Below the pieces are notes generated by a model. That model was not told where the DNA came from, ran no database searches, and saw only the letters and a list, made by a program, of their open reading frames with translations. Below, piece after piece: positions 41,280 through 50,986 of a stretch of DNA of 64,000 bases. Each line of letters starts with the position of its first letter. Position 1 is the first letter of the stretch. The DNA is taken from NCBI GenBank assembly GCA_963666315.2, contig CAXXHG010000039.1:32001-96000 (forward strand), in the 5' to 3' direction. The stretch comes from Candidatus Binatia bacterium. GTDB taxonomy: Bacteria; Desulfobacterota; Binatia; Bin18. Made by a program: the position numbers and the translations under genes.

Positions 41280-42351
41280 CTCGCCACCTCGCCGCCGTAT
41301 TGTTCCAGTGCATCTGATCCCCAGTACAGTTGAAGAGATCGACCCGGTCTCAGACTGGCACGAGGAGGAGTCAGAGGAACCGTTAAGTAGCCGAGAACCT
41401 GTGATCTTATCTGATGAACGCCGGGACTTGGGGCTTGTCACTGCCGGAGAGTTATTAGCCCAGCCGGATAGAGACACTCAGTGGCTAGTCGATGGTCTCC
41501 TGCCTGTCGGCGGTACCTCCGTTATGGTAGCCAAACCGAAAGTGGGCAAAACCGTCACCGTACGAAATCTCGCCAAGGCAGTCTCCCGTGGCAGTCCTTT
41601 TCTCAATCGCGGCACCCTACAAGGCACGGTCATCTACCTGGCGATGGAAGAGATCGAAGAAATGGTGAAGCAGTCTTTCAGAAAGATGGGTGTTACTGAC
41701 TCGGATCCCATCATGATCCGATGCAGCATGATGGATGAAACATCGGCCAGGCGACTACACGCCAGTATACGAAACGATCCCCCAGCGCTGTTGATCGTGG
41801 ATACGTTGTTTCGATTCGCAAGAATAAGAGACGAGAACAAGTACGCGGAGGTCACCAGGGCGCTGAATCCTCTGATCAATCTGGCCCGCGAGACCGGTAC
41901 GCACATATTGGCCACACACCACGCGAAGAAGGAGATCGCAATTGGGGACCCTATGGACGCGGTGCTCGGATCAACGGCGATATTTGGCTCGGTTGATACC
42001 GCCATTATGCTCCAAAAAAACTCGCAGGGCATTCGGACGATCTGGTCCGGTCAACGTTATGGCACTGCAATACCGAAAACAATTTTGCGTTTAAACACGG
42101 AAAGGGAACGTACCTGGATAGTCTCCGAGACAGTCCATGTGGAACCCGCAGGGGAGATGCGCCAGGAGCGAAAGGAACTGCTCAATATCGTCATCAATTC
42201 CAAGGATCCGCTATCAGCCAAACAAGTCGCACAACGTGCCAATAAAAACGAAAGTACGACGCGGAACATGCTAGAGAAGCTCATTTTGGCAGGAGATATT
42301 GAAAAGTGCAAAGAAGAAGGCCACGTAACATATGCCCCAAGAACTTCGTAA
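41272..42351 (+). CDS. RepA/AAA_25-type (SF4) replicative helicase with C-terminal winged HTH
   Basis: QWLVDGLLP.GG, AKPKVGKT, YLAMEE, LLIVDT, HHAKK, GSTAIFG motifs. GTG start after GGAGG. Confidence 0.85.
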   Translation: MSSSPPRRRIVPVHLIPSTVEEIDPVSDWHEEESEEPLSSREPVILSDERRDLGLVTAGELLAQPDRDTQWLVDGLLPVGGTSVMVAKPKVGKTVTVRNLAKAVSRGSPFLNRGTLQGTVIYLAMEEIEEMVKQSFRKMGVTDSDPIMIRCSMMDETSARRLHASIRNDPPALLIVDTLFRFARIRDENKYAEVTRALNPLINLARETGTHILATHHAKKEIAIGDPMDAVLGSTAIFGSVDTAIMLQKNSQGIRTIWSGQRYGTAIPKTILRLNTERERTWIVSETVHVEPAGEMRQERKELLNIVINSKDPLSAKQVAQRANKNESTTRNMLEKLILAGDIEKCKEEGHVTYAPRTS

Positions 42352-42525
42352 AGAAGTGTAGCAGGTATAGTAAAGAAGTGTCGTATAGGAACCGTAGTAG
42401 CCGTAGTAAGCCATGGTAGATTGAAACTGACGACGACAGCGTAGTAGGTAGCGTAGTAAACCAAAATCAAATGAATTCCATGTGTTAGAGGAGGATTACT
42501 ACGTTACTACACCTACCATGGCTTA
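42348..42525. repeat. putative replication origin with inverted iterons
   Basis: CGTAGTA x4, an AT-rich spacer, then TTACTAC x2. Perfect 13-bp inverted repeat at 42407-42419/42513-42525. GTAAAGAAGTGT x2. Confidence 0.7.
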
Positions 42526-42710
42526 TGCATGTTGACTGGAATGGCGGTCCACGTCGCCGGTTATCAGCATACGCTGGCCTCGGCGACGCTATGCTTCTTG
42601 CCGTCCTATCTGATTTGGCAGGTTGGCAAGTATCCCGTCGAAAATGGAAGATGTGACCTTGATGACTAACTTAACCCATATTACATGACAGGAAATCGGA
42701 GGACCCTCAT

Positions 42711-43181
42711 ATGCAGAGATTAAGCCTTGAGGCTGACGAAGAGGAACGAGTCCGTATGGAACGAGCCTGCCACAATGTGGACGATTGGCTCAGATCACAC
42801 CCTCGTGTTCCCGCTACGAAAACAGAGTTGCAGCATATCATGAACATCCACAGTGCCCTCGTCAGCGGATTCCAGCATGTGTCTCGACACGAACGGGAAC
42901 GCCTTGAACGAGGCATCGTTGATCACCTCTGGTATTATATCTCCCATCCGCCGAAACAAGCCGAGCCGCCCAGAAAATTAGGCCATGCGGCACCTATCCA
43001 GAAGGCCGTATTGCGCTTCCTGCACATGAATGAATATCCGATGGGCGCTGGCGAGATCGCTGTCGCGCTAGATAAGACACCGAACAACATGGCGCAGAGA
43101 CTCCTGTCATTGCACAAAGCCGGGAAAATAATCCGTGTGAGCCCTGGGCGTTATATTCCAGCTGGGCCTCCAGAGGCATAG
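42711..43181 (+). CDS. hypothetical protein with C-terminal winged HTH
   Basis: GGAGG RBS. PMGAGEIAVALDK.PNNMAQRL.SL.KAGKIIRVSPGRY. Confidence 0.7.
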   Translation: MQRLSLEADEEERVRMERACHNVDDWLRSHPRVPATKTELQHIMNIHSALVSGFQHVSRHERERLERGIVDHLWYYISHPPKQAEPPRKLGHAAPIQKAVLRFLHMNEYPMGAGEIAVALDKTPNNMAQRLLSLHKAGKIIRVSPGRYIPAGPPEA

Positions 43182-43351
43182 CTGGTCGCACTAGGCACAC
43201 GACTTATCCGCCAGAGCATAGACCGAGTAGTCGAGAAGCGCGATTTGATACATATTTCGCGACTACCCAGCCACTCGTTGCTCTTGCAGGTCACAAACCG
43301 CATGGATACTGATGGACAGGCGAGGTGGGGTCGTAAAAGGAGGGCCATTGA

Positions 43352-43918
43352 ATGCACGCTCTTTTCCACTTCAGTATTGCTGTCCTTTTGCTGTCTTCGG
43401 CAAGTTGCGAAGTCGTCTCGGACCTAGCGAAAGATGCTCGGTACAGGGGAACAAACGTGGGCTACCAACGATGTATTGACCGAAACGAAGATGTCGCTCT
43501 CAGCGCTGAGTCAGTCAAATCGCAGTGTAGCGCTGAGCATAGCCGGGTGATTAGGATCCTCCACGAGGCCAGCGCTTCCTATCAAAAACCACGATACAAG
43601 AGCGGCTCCTTGAGTGCGATCTTGCAGAGAAGCATTTATTTTGCTGGATTTGTTACAAACCTGTCCCGGGATCAGATAGTCACCGCTGTGGAGATCACCC
43701 TCACGCATCAGGATAATATCGATGAAGCAGGGCAACCGATCGGCGAAGTCGTTCGATCGGAGAACCTCTGGATTGAACCTGGAGCGATTGGGGGGTTTAG
43801 GATCGAAGGCTACGATCTGGATTTTAAACCAGCAGATGGGAGACTGAAGGACGGCGAGAAGTTTCTCTATTCATGGTCAATCAACAAAATCCGAGGGCTA
43901 CGGATAAAACTCCGTTAG
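43352..43918 (+). CDS. putative lipoprotein
   Basis: AGGAGG RBS. Hydrophobic signal ending in SASC. Confidence 0.6.
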   Translation: MHALFHFSIAVLLLSSASCEVVSDLAKDARYRGTNVGYQRCIDRNEDVALSAESVKSQCSAEHSRVIRILHEASASYQKPRYKSGSLSAILQRSIYFAGFVTNLSRDQIVTAVEITLTHQDNIDEAGQPIGEVVRSENLWIEPGAIGGFRIEGYDLDFKPADGRLKDGEKFLYSWSINKIRGLRIKLR

Positions 43919-44009
43919 CCTGAGTAGTACAAGATTGTGATGGCGGGCAACCGCGTATGACGTGCTGGCCGCCCACAACCCAATGACGGTGCGGCATGCT
44001 GCTGAGAGA

Positions 44010-44200
44010 TACCGGGCGCGACAGGCACAGCTGTACTGTATTTTCAGATTTCGATCCCAGCGGGGAGCCGTGCGCTGCGGATATTACGCAGTACAATTTA
44101 CCCCCGGACTTGGCGAAACCAACCGACTCGCGGCGCAAGGCGTTTGTGCATAAATATGGCGATGTGTCAGTCGAGTTGGACGCGATACCCGTGGATAGTG
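44010..44200 (+). pseudogene. Toprim-like phage protein fragment
   Basis: SDFDPSG ... QYNLPP..AKPTDSR..AFVHKYGDVSVELDAIP, internally shortened. Confidence 0.55.
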
Positions 44201-44589
44201 GATACTGGAACAATGAGTGCGAGCGTGAGGCCCCAAGGGAAAATTTCTTGGCCTGGTTTGATCGCCCGCAGGCTTTCAATGCGAGCCGTCTTCCAACGGG
44301 TTGAGATAATCAACTCCGCGTTCGGTTTTTCACCGTGATTAATATAACGGGTATAATTGGACTTCGGCCCGACCGCGTTGATCCAACGGTTCTTGCAGGC
44401 CCACATCAAGTAGAGTGATGATACATAGGGTTCTCGGTTCGCATGCCAATCACGAATAATCTCGCCAACATAATAGCCTATGGTTTCACCCTTCTTGATC
44501 ATAGTTTTGGCAAACACGCCTTTTCCGCGTCCGGGAGAATTTTTGATGATGAAGCTATCAAAAGTATGCACTACCTTCTTCCTTGGCAT
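44167..44589 (-). pseudogene. SET-domain protein-lysine methyltransferase, C-terminally truncated
   Basis: SPGRGKGVFAK, GYYVGE, TRYINH, RAIKPGQEIF motifs. The expected DY motif is absent. Confidence 0.8.
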
Positions 44590-44621
44590 TAGTCCTCCCC
44601 GCCTCAACCCTCATACGTCTT

Positions 44622-45509
44622 TTATGAATAGATCAGCGTCCCATGCGCTCCGGATTCACGCAACCGCCAATATAAGGCATCAAGCTTTTGTGTAATCGGA
44701 CCAGGGGTCGCTCCTTGGAGCGGGCGCCCTGAGACTTCCCGTACGGCTAACGCCCCGCCGGCCGTGCTGCAAGTAAAGACTTCGTCCGCCGAGTATAGAT
44801 CAAAGGCCGTTAAATCTCGCTCAACGGCAAGAATGCCAGCTTCTTCGGCAAGGTCAAGAAAAGTCTGGCGGGTAATGCCATGCAGCACCTCCCGTCCGGG
44901 TGTATACAGCGTCCCTTTACTGACCATAAAAATATTTGATGCCGGCCCCTCGCTCACATACCCGCCAGTTGAAAGCCAAATAACATCATCATATCCCGCC
45001 TCCAGCGCCTCAATCTTAGCCAGTTGAAAATGGAGACGATCCAGGCATTTATAACGCGGGTCAAGTGTGTCAGGCGTAAAGCTGCGTAAATGGCTAATGA
45101 AAAGGCGAATACCCGTATTCCGTTTTTCCTCGTCCGCGAGGAAAACATACGGTGCAGCCCAGATGATAACGGTTGGATCGTAATCACGCGGGTCAGCGAC
45201 CACCTGCTTCGCAACTCCACGTGTCACAATAAAGCGGATGCTCGCATCCTGCATCTCGTTGCAGCGTACGGTTTCAATGATCGCTTTACGCCACTGTTCC
45301 CTCGTCATAGACGTGGTCAGCCGTGCTGCCTGCAGCGACTGAAAAAATCGATCAAGGTGTTCGTCCAGCTTAAAGATGCTTCCCTTCCAGGCTGAGACCA
45401 CATCAAACACCCCATCGCCTAAGAGAAAACCTTGATCGAGTACAGAGATGTTTGCCTGACTCAGGGGCTTGAAGTCTCCGTTTATGTAAAGGAGGGGTTC
45501 GTTCGGCAT
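44622..45509 (-). CDS. class IV PLP aminotransferase (IlvE/Dat-like)
   Basis: ISVLDQGFLLGDGVF, HLDRF, PRYK (PLP Lys), SEGPASNIF, LHGITR, ADEVFTCST motifs. Confidence 0.92.
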   Translation of the reverse strand: MPNEPLLYINGDFKPLSQANISVLDQGFLLGDGVFDVVSAWKGSIFKLDEHLDRFFQSLQAARLTTSMTREQWRKAIIETVRCNEMQDASIRFIVTRGVAKQVVADPRDYDPTVIIWAAPYVFLADEEKRNTGIRLFISHLRSFTPDTLDPRYKCLDRLHFQLAKIEALEAGYDDVIWLSTGGYVSEGPASNIFMVSKGTLYTPGREVLHGITRQTFLDLAEEAGILAVERDLTAFDLYSADEVFTCSTAGGALAVREVSGRPLQGATPGPITQKLDALYWRLRESGAHGTLIYS

Positions 45510-45738
45510 GGTTTGGTTTACCTCTTCGACCTTAGTGCAAGTAGCGCGCCCTTCGCATCTGGAGTCATCTATACTACGCGTCTTAACAAGGGAACTAGGG
45601 GAAGGACAATGAGATATCCTTATCGAATCTAAATCAGGTAGGCGGTCGAGATAAAAATGGGAACAGCAATCGAACAGGAATGGCCAGCCTCCGGCTTAGG
45701 AGAAAGTGCTGGAGGGGGATAAAGAAAGAAGCGCTCGC

Positions 45739-46419
45739 TTACTTACGAGCCTTCGCTGGCAGGGCAAAGTTAAGGACTTCACCAGCCGCCCACATACCAA
45801 CGGCAATTGCAGCTCCGACAGGACCACCAGTCAGGGCCCCAATCCCGGCAGACGTACCAGCACCCACAGCCTGGCCGGTGCGTTTCGCGTCATTCTTATC
45901 TCGGCCCAAAGCGGAGGCGGTGGATTCGGCAATAAGCTGTGCGGCATCTGCAGCAATCAGCCAGGGTGTTGTTGCCGCTCGACTGGCAGCTTTACTCGAA
46001 AGCTTTGCGGACGCTTTTACTGCAAGTTTGGCAGCACCGGTGGTAACCATGCTCACCACAACTTTTGATACAGCGTCAGATGCGCTTTCTATAAACCGAT
46101 CAACCTGCTGACTTTCGCGTTTGCCAGTGCGACACCAATTGACAAAATGCTCACAGTTATTCCACAGAATGTGATATTCCTGTTCACCGATACAATTCAA
46201 CGCTCGGAGGGCGATCTCATCGGCATCAAAAGAAGTGGGAGTAGAGTGAACCTCAATCGAGTGGCCTTTGGAGAATTTTTCGCCAGACGTGACGTGAACG
46301 GACGCCGTCACCCCATCCGATAGGCCTCGCCCATATTGGACGACATAGCCATCGCCAAGATCGATGGCGTGGTGCGTATACCAGCCACGTCGGGCGATGA
46401 GATGGTCGCCTTTTGCCAT
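45739..46419 (-). CDS. LRAT/NC-domain (permuted NlpC/P60) protein with Gly/Ala-rich tail
   Basis: GDHL....YTHHAIDLGDG, YHILWNNCEHFVNWCRTG motifs. Confidence 0.88.
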   Translation of the reverse strand: MAKGDHLIARRGWYTHHAIDLGDGYVVQYGRGLSDGVTASVHVTSGEKFSKGHSIEVHSTPTSFDADEIALRALNCIGEQEYHILWNNCEHFVNWCRTGKRESQQVDRFIESASDAVSKVVVSMVTTGAAKLAVKASAKLSSKAASRAATTPWLIAADAAQLIAESTASALGRDKNDAKRTGQAVGAGTSAGIGALTGGPVGAAIAVGMWAAGEVLNFALPAKARK

Positions 46420-46479
46420 AGTGCTTACCAAATCCTCTTTACCAGAATGCCACGACTAAAGCCCTCAACAAAGACCTTA

Positions 46480-47156
46480 TTAGGTAACAGTTTCGGCTGA
46501 CGAATCATGAGGGGCATCGGCGCTCTGCGATCTTTTATAAATCGTCACGGCACACGGACGCCCCACCACTTCGCCCTTCTCGTTGAACTCGCCATACTCT
46601 GATTGAAACAGATCCATGCCCCATTCGCGAGGCTGGGTATCAAACCACAGCTTGGTATGCGCAGTAATACAGGACGTCTTTTTGATTGAAACTCCATTTT
46701 GCGGCTTCTTGGTCACACCGAGCTGACTCGGATGGCGCGTTGATGTTTCGGCCTTGCCCTCTTGAAGCATGCGGCCTCCACTGGGGCAGTAGTGCAGCAA
46801 GAACTGGAACTTCTCATCGTCTTCTTCGCATGTGAAGTCATAGCCGTGAGAGCGCAGGAACATGGCATATGTTTCAGCCAGCAGGGCGGGGTCTTTATCT
46901 CGATGGGCTTCCAGGACGTGCGCCACAGTTTTTCGCCTACATAACGCCAGGCTTCCTCAACCGCATCTTCGCCGAGTTTTTCTTTGACGTAGTCAAGAAA
47001 TACGGCAGACATGTCGCCGTACAGATCGTGGATCGGACGGCCCTCTTCCCAAATTTCGTCGACCGCCTTCAGCGCCTGTTCCGTTTGTCCTGCTTCGATG
47101 GCCGCCTTGGCCCGGTCACGAGCCGTTTTCATGAAGTCGTGACGGATGCGTTTCAT
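46480..47156 (-). pseudogene. conserved hypothetical protein (CPSGGR / YYC.H motifs), multiply frameshifted
   Basis: Two overlapping ORFs join near 46925. A further out-of-frame block WSFNQKDVLYYC lies near 46660-46700. Confidence 0.65.
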
Positions 47157-47161
47157 AATGC

Positions 47162-47602
47162 TTACACAAAAATATCGAGCGGCAAAAATGCAGAGACAAG
47201 GAAGTTGGGGACATCCACGAGTTCACTGACCTTGAGATCCACGGCTACGCTGCAGATGGCGTAGGCCTGTTGGCGGGTATAGCCACGCTCATCAACCAGA
47301 TGATCGATCATATTCAGCAGCGCGTTCCGGGCCGCGAGCGTAGCGTCTTCTGAATGCGCAACGCCTTCACGTGTATAGGGCTGCCCCGTTGTTGCAAAAA
47401 AGCGCTTGGGAACGGCCATCCCTGGTGTAGTAAAATAATCTTCGCGATAGAACTGAATATCCCGAATATTGTGTTTTGCCGCCATTCCTTTGAGAACCAT
47501 AAACGAACAGTAACACGTGGCCGCCATCTCAACCGCGGTACCGCAGCTCTCGCCATCTCCTTGAGCAAAGTGTGCATCACCGACGGAGAACAACGCACCC
47601 GG
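47162..47602 (-). pseudogene. acetamidase/formamidase, 3' remnant
   Basis: GALFSVGDAHFAQGDGE..GTAVE, QAYAICSVAVDLKVSELVDVPN motifs. 5' part missing. Confidence 0.85.
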
Positions 47603-49949
47603 CTACACTCTTGGTGAACGTCTCCGGCAGCGGCGTCTACAGAAGCACGGATGGAGCGACGAGTTGGGCTCCCGTCAACCTGGACGTTGGTGATCTCGGA
47701 ATCACGTCGTTCCTCTTCGACCGTGTCTACCCGCAGACGGTCTATGCGCGCACGGCCAGCGGCGTACTCAAAAGTGTTGACGCCGGCGTTTCATGGATAC
47801 CGACAAACAGCGGACTGACGAACGCCTCAGTACGTTCTGTAACGGTTGACCCGCTCTCTCCTACTACTCTGTATGTCATCACCAGTGGTGACGTATTCAA
47901 AAGTACAAACGCCGGTGAATCCTGGACTAACCTGGACACTGGCATCCCCACCCTCACCGTTCTCGCGATCGACCCGGTTGATCCGACCATACTGTATGCT
48001 GGCATAGCAAAACTGTACGGCACCGAGGGGGGCGTATTTAAGAGTATCGATGCAGGAGAAACGTGGACGGCGGCGAATGTCGGCATCAGAAACCATTCAG
48101 TCAGGGGACTCGTGATCGACCCTGATAGGCCAACAACGCTATATGCTGGGGCCACACCGGACTTCTCCGCGGAAGTGACAGACGTGTTTAAGAGTATCAA
48201 CGGTGGAGCAAGCTGGGGACAGGTCAACGACATCGATTATGTTTCCTCTTTGGCCATAGACCCCAATTCTCCGACGACTGTGTATGCCGGCGGACTTGAT
48301 CGGGTCTACAAATCGGTAGACGGCGGCGAGACGTGGACTTCGACAGTTATTGGAGCAGTCTTTGGTGAACTCTATGTTGGCGCCTTAGCAATTCCACCCT
48401 CAACCACCACGATAGTGTACGCCGGTACGTCCAGAGGCGTCTTCAAGAGCACGAATGGCGGAGACAGCTGGGTAGAGGTGAACAGAGGGCTCCCATCATT
48501 CCAGCGACACCCATTGGGCTCTGGATATAGCAACGTCGCGACGTTGGATGCGCTAACAGTTGATCCCACCACCCCAATGACTCTGTATGCAGGAACCGAC
48601 AGAGGGGTATTCCGGAGTACCGACGGCGCCAGTAGCTGGAATGCAATAAACATGGGGCTCCCAAATGCTTATGTAAGTGGACTCGCGATTGTTCCATCGG
48701 GCACCATACTGTATACGGCTACCGGTGCTGGTGTTGGCAGTTTCGAGTTTTCCGGAGAAGAGCTGCCGAGGATCATTGCCCATTTGGAGACCCCGGAAAA
48801 AGAACGAGACCATTTTTTTCTATCTATTTTACCTTGGTTTCTGGCATTGGCATAATTCAGGGGTGGGCCTTTCCCACCCAGGCAGGCAGTCAGATCAGCG
48901 GTGTGTACATAGATGCCAGCAGCCGTAGAATCCGCGTCCCCTGTTGCTCAGAGCGGGCGCACGTGAGCGCAGTATATCCGGAATTCTCTCCTCACAACAC
49001 ACGCAATAGCGGTTGGAGTACAACCCTTAATTGGAACATAAACTTTGTTCTATCGTATCCGGATTTGGTAAACGTCGAAATACGGGGTACGCGAGGGGAG
49101 TTCTTCTTCGCCGAGACACGTACCACTATGGCTATCAGTGCAGGCCAGTTCGAATTTGTCGATCAATTTCTCTTGTCGGAGGCAAATGTTGCAATCCGGG
49201 ATGGGCAACTCGCGGTGGCGGGAGTGATCGTTCGAGATAAGGTCACGCAGAAGCGGGTGAAGATCAATACGCGGTTTCGCTGGTCCGAGAGTGCGCAAGG
49301 CTTCCAAATGGTCGCAGCCGTGACCACGGGCAGTCTTGCCTCTCAACGATCCCCCGTGTTTGATTTCTTCGCTTCCCTCTCTTCCTGGTTCCCGGGTGCA
49401 AGGGCATTGGTCTCTTCTGCGTTCGCTGCCACTGGCATACGCGCTGTAGTCGAGAGTCCTCAATCGGGAGAAACCGTCTCTGGTGTTACGGTCATGCACG
49501 GGTGGGCGTTTTCAGAAGACAGCACGATAGCGCAGGTTCGCCAACTGATCGATGGGAAGCCTATTAGCAACGTACCGTGCTGTTCAGAGCGACGTGATGT
49601 CGCAGAGGCGTTCCCTGACAGCCCCAACGCGCTCCTAAGCGGGTGGGGGGTTTTATTTAACTACGGACTGCTCGGTTCCGGCGCCCACACCGTGACGATT
49701 GAAATCGAGGATACGGAGGGTAGCGTAACGACAAAGCATCATTCAATCGAAGTGGTCCGACTCGGTGGATTTGAGTTTGTCGATCAGTTTGATCTCTCGA
49801 TAGCGACGGCGCGTCTTGATGGAGAGCTGATCATCATAGAGGGGGTGAAGATTCGGGATAAAATCAGTCAGCAGACCAAAGTGATTGACGTTCACCTCCG
49901 GTGGTTTGAGAACTCCCAAAGTCTAGGCGTGGTGGCTACAAGCGAGTAG
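47597..49949 (+). pseudogene. BNR/Asp-box beta-propeller exported protein with duplicated C-terminal Ig-like module; 5'-truncated and frameshifted
   Basis: About seven KSxDGGxxW repeats with DPxxPxTLYAG. Frameshift near the T-run at 48813-48840. Two copies of VSG..GWAF..PCCSER..SGW..FEFVDQF. Confidence 0.78.
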
Positions 49950-50196
49950 AGCATCCAAGGTCTGTGATGCGTTGCAAGCGGTGTTCATCTTGCTCAGACG
50001 TTGACACTGTTTAAGACAACAATATTTTTGCAAATTTTTTTCGTATATGAAGAGACGCTTCAGGGCCATGGACAGAGTCTGGAGGGGGGGCCTACCCCTC
50101 TGATTACGGAAGCACCTCATCGGGAGACGAGCTGAAATACTGTAGTTTCTACGAGGCAGAAATCCCACCCCTGCACCGATCGCTCGCTAAACGGCC

Positions 50197-50225
50197 TTGA
50201 CAAATATCACTGTATGTTCTATAAC
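50197..50225 (+). promoter_or_regulatory. near-consensus sigma70 promoter upstream of radC-int
   Basis: TTGACA-17 nt-TATAAC. A CTATAAC..GTTATAG dyad overlaps the -10/+1 region. Confidence 0.7.
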
Positions 50226-50327
50226 TATGTGTTCCTATTTCGTTATAGCAATCGCCGTTGTGGAGTCTCTTTCCACGGCACGACGAATCACAGAAAGGAG
50301 GGCAACAATATAACGCGGCGTGAAGTC

Positions 50328-50432
50328 GGCCACCCGAGGTGTATCGAGCACCCCGAGTAGCCTAGCAGCCCTCAGCACAGCGGGTACTGACAGCTGTTCC
50401 TTCGATTCCTAACCCGCCGGAGGAGTTCCGGC
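50328..50432 (-). ncRNA. candidate cis-antisense RNA / structured leader of radC
   Basis: Two hairpins whose four C-A mismatches become G-U pairs on the minus strand. A third hairpin occludes the RBS. Confidence 0.45.
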
Positions 50433-50433
50433 A

Positions 50434-50910
50434 ATGACACAGACTATCCACGAGTCACCACACTACGACATCCCCGTCTATAAAGTCACTCTCGTTAGGG
50501 AGAACAACTTGACCCAGCAACAACGCCCCATCGTTCGCGATGCCCAGAGCGCGGCCACCATCCTCGCAGCCTATCTGGCAGGGGAAGATAGAGAGCATTT
50601 CGTGGTCATGATGTTAAACGCCAAGAATCGCATCATCGGGATTAATACAGTCTCAGTAGGGAATTTAACGGCGTCTCTGGCTCATCCCCGGGATGTCTTC
50701 AAGCCGGCGATTCTCGCCAATGCGGCCGCTATCCTCCTGGCCCATAACCACCCGAGCGGAGACACTTCACCCTCCCGGGAAGATATTGCGTTGACTCGTA
50801 AGCTCTACGAGGGGGGCCAACTCCCGGGCATCACCTTACTCGATCACATTATCGTTGGGGATCATGACCACTGGTACTCGTTCCAAGATGACGGCATAGG
50901 CCTGGCGTAA
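50434..50910 (+). CDS. radC: RadC/JAB-domain protein (short mobile-element type)
   Basis: DREHF, HPRDVFK, HNHPSGD.SPSREDI, LLDHIIVG motifs. Confidence 0.92.
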   Translation: MTQTIHESPHYDIPVYKVTLVRENNLTQQQRPIVRDAQSAATILAAYLAGEDREHFVVMMLNAKNRIIGINTVSVGNLTASLAHPRDVFKPAILANAAAILLAHNHPSGDTSPSREDIALTRKLYEGGQLPGITLLDHIIVGDHDHWYSFQDDGIGLA

Positions 50911-50986
50911 GCGTCAACCTTTGATCTGGACGTACGGCTTCCCTTTGTGGGCCTGTACGTCCACACAGTTACCGAGAGGAGTCTAT

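Noticed and set aside
42348-42525. CRISPR array
   Set aside because: Repeats are 7-13 bp, partly inverted, without regular spacers, and there are no cas genes.
47600-48720. DNA-level repeat array
   Set aside because: The periodicity is explained by protein-level BNR/Asp-box repeats with diverged codons.
50293-50323. Leader peptide after the strong AGGAGG upstream of the radC hairpins
   Set aside because: The SD is followed by ATA-TAA rather than a start codon. At most it is a decayed start.
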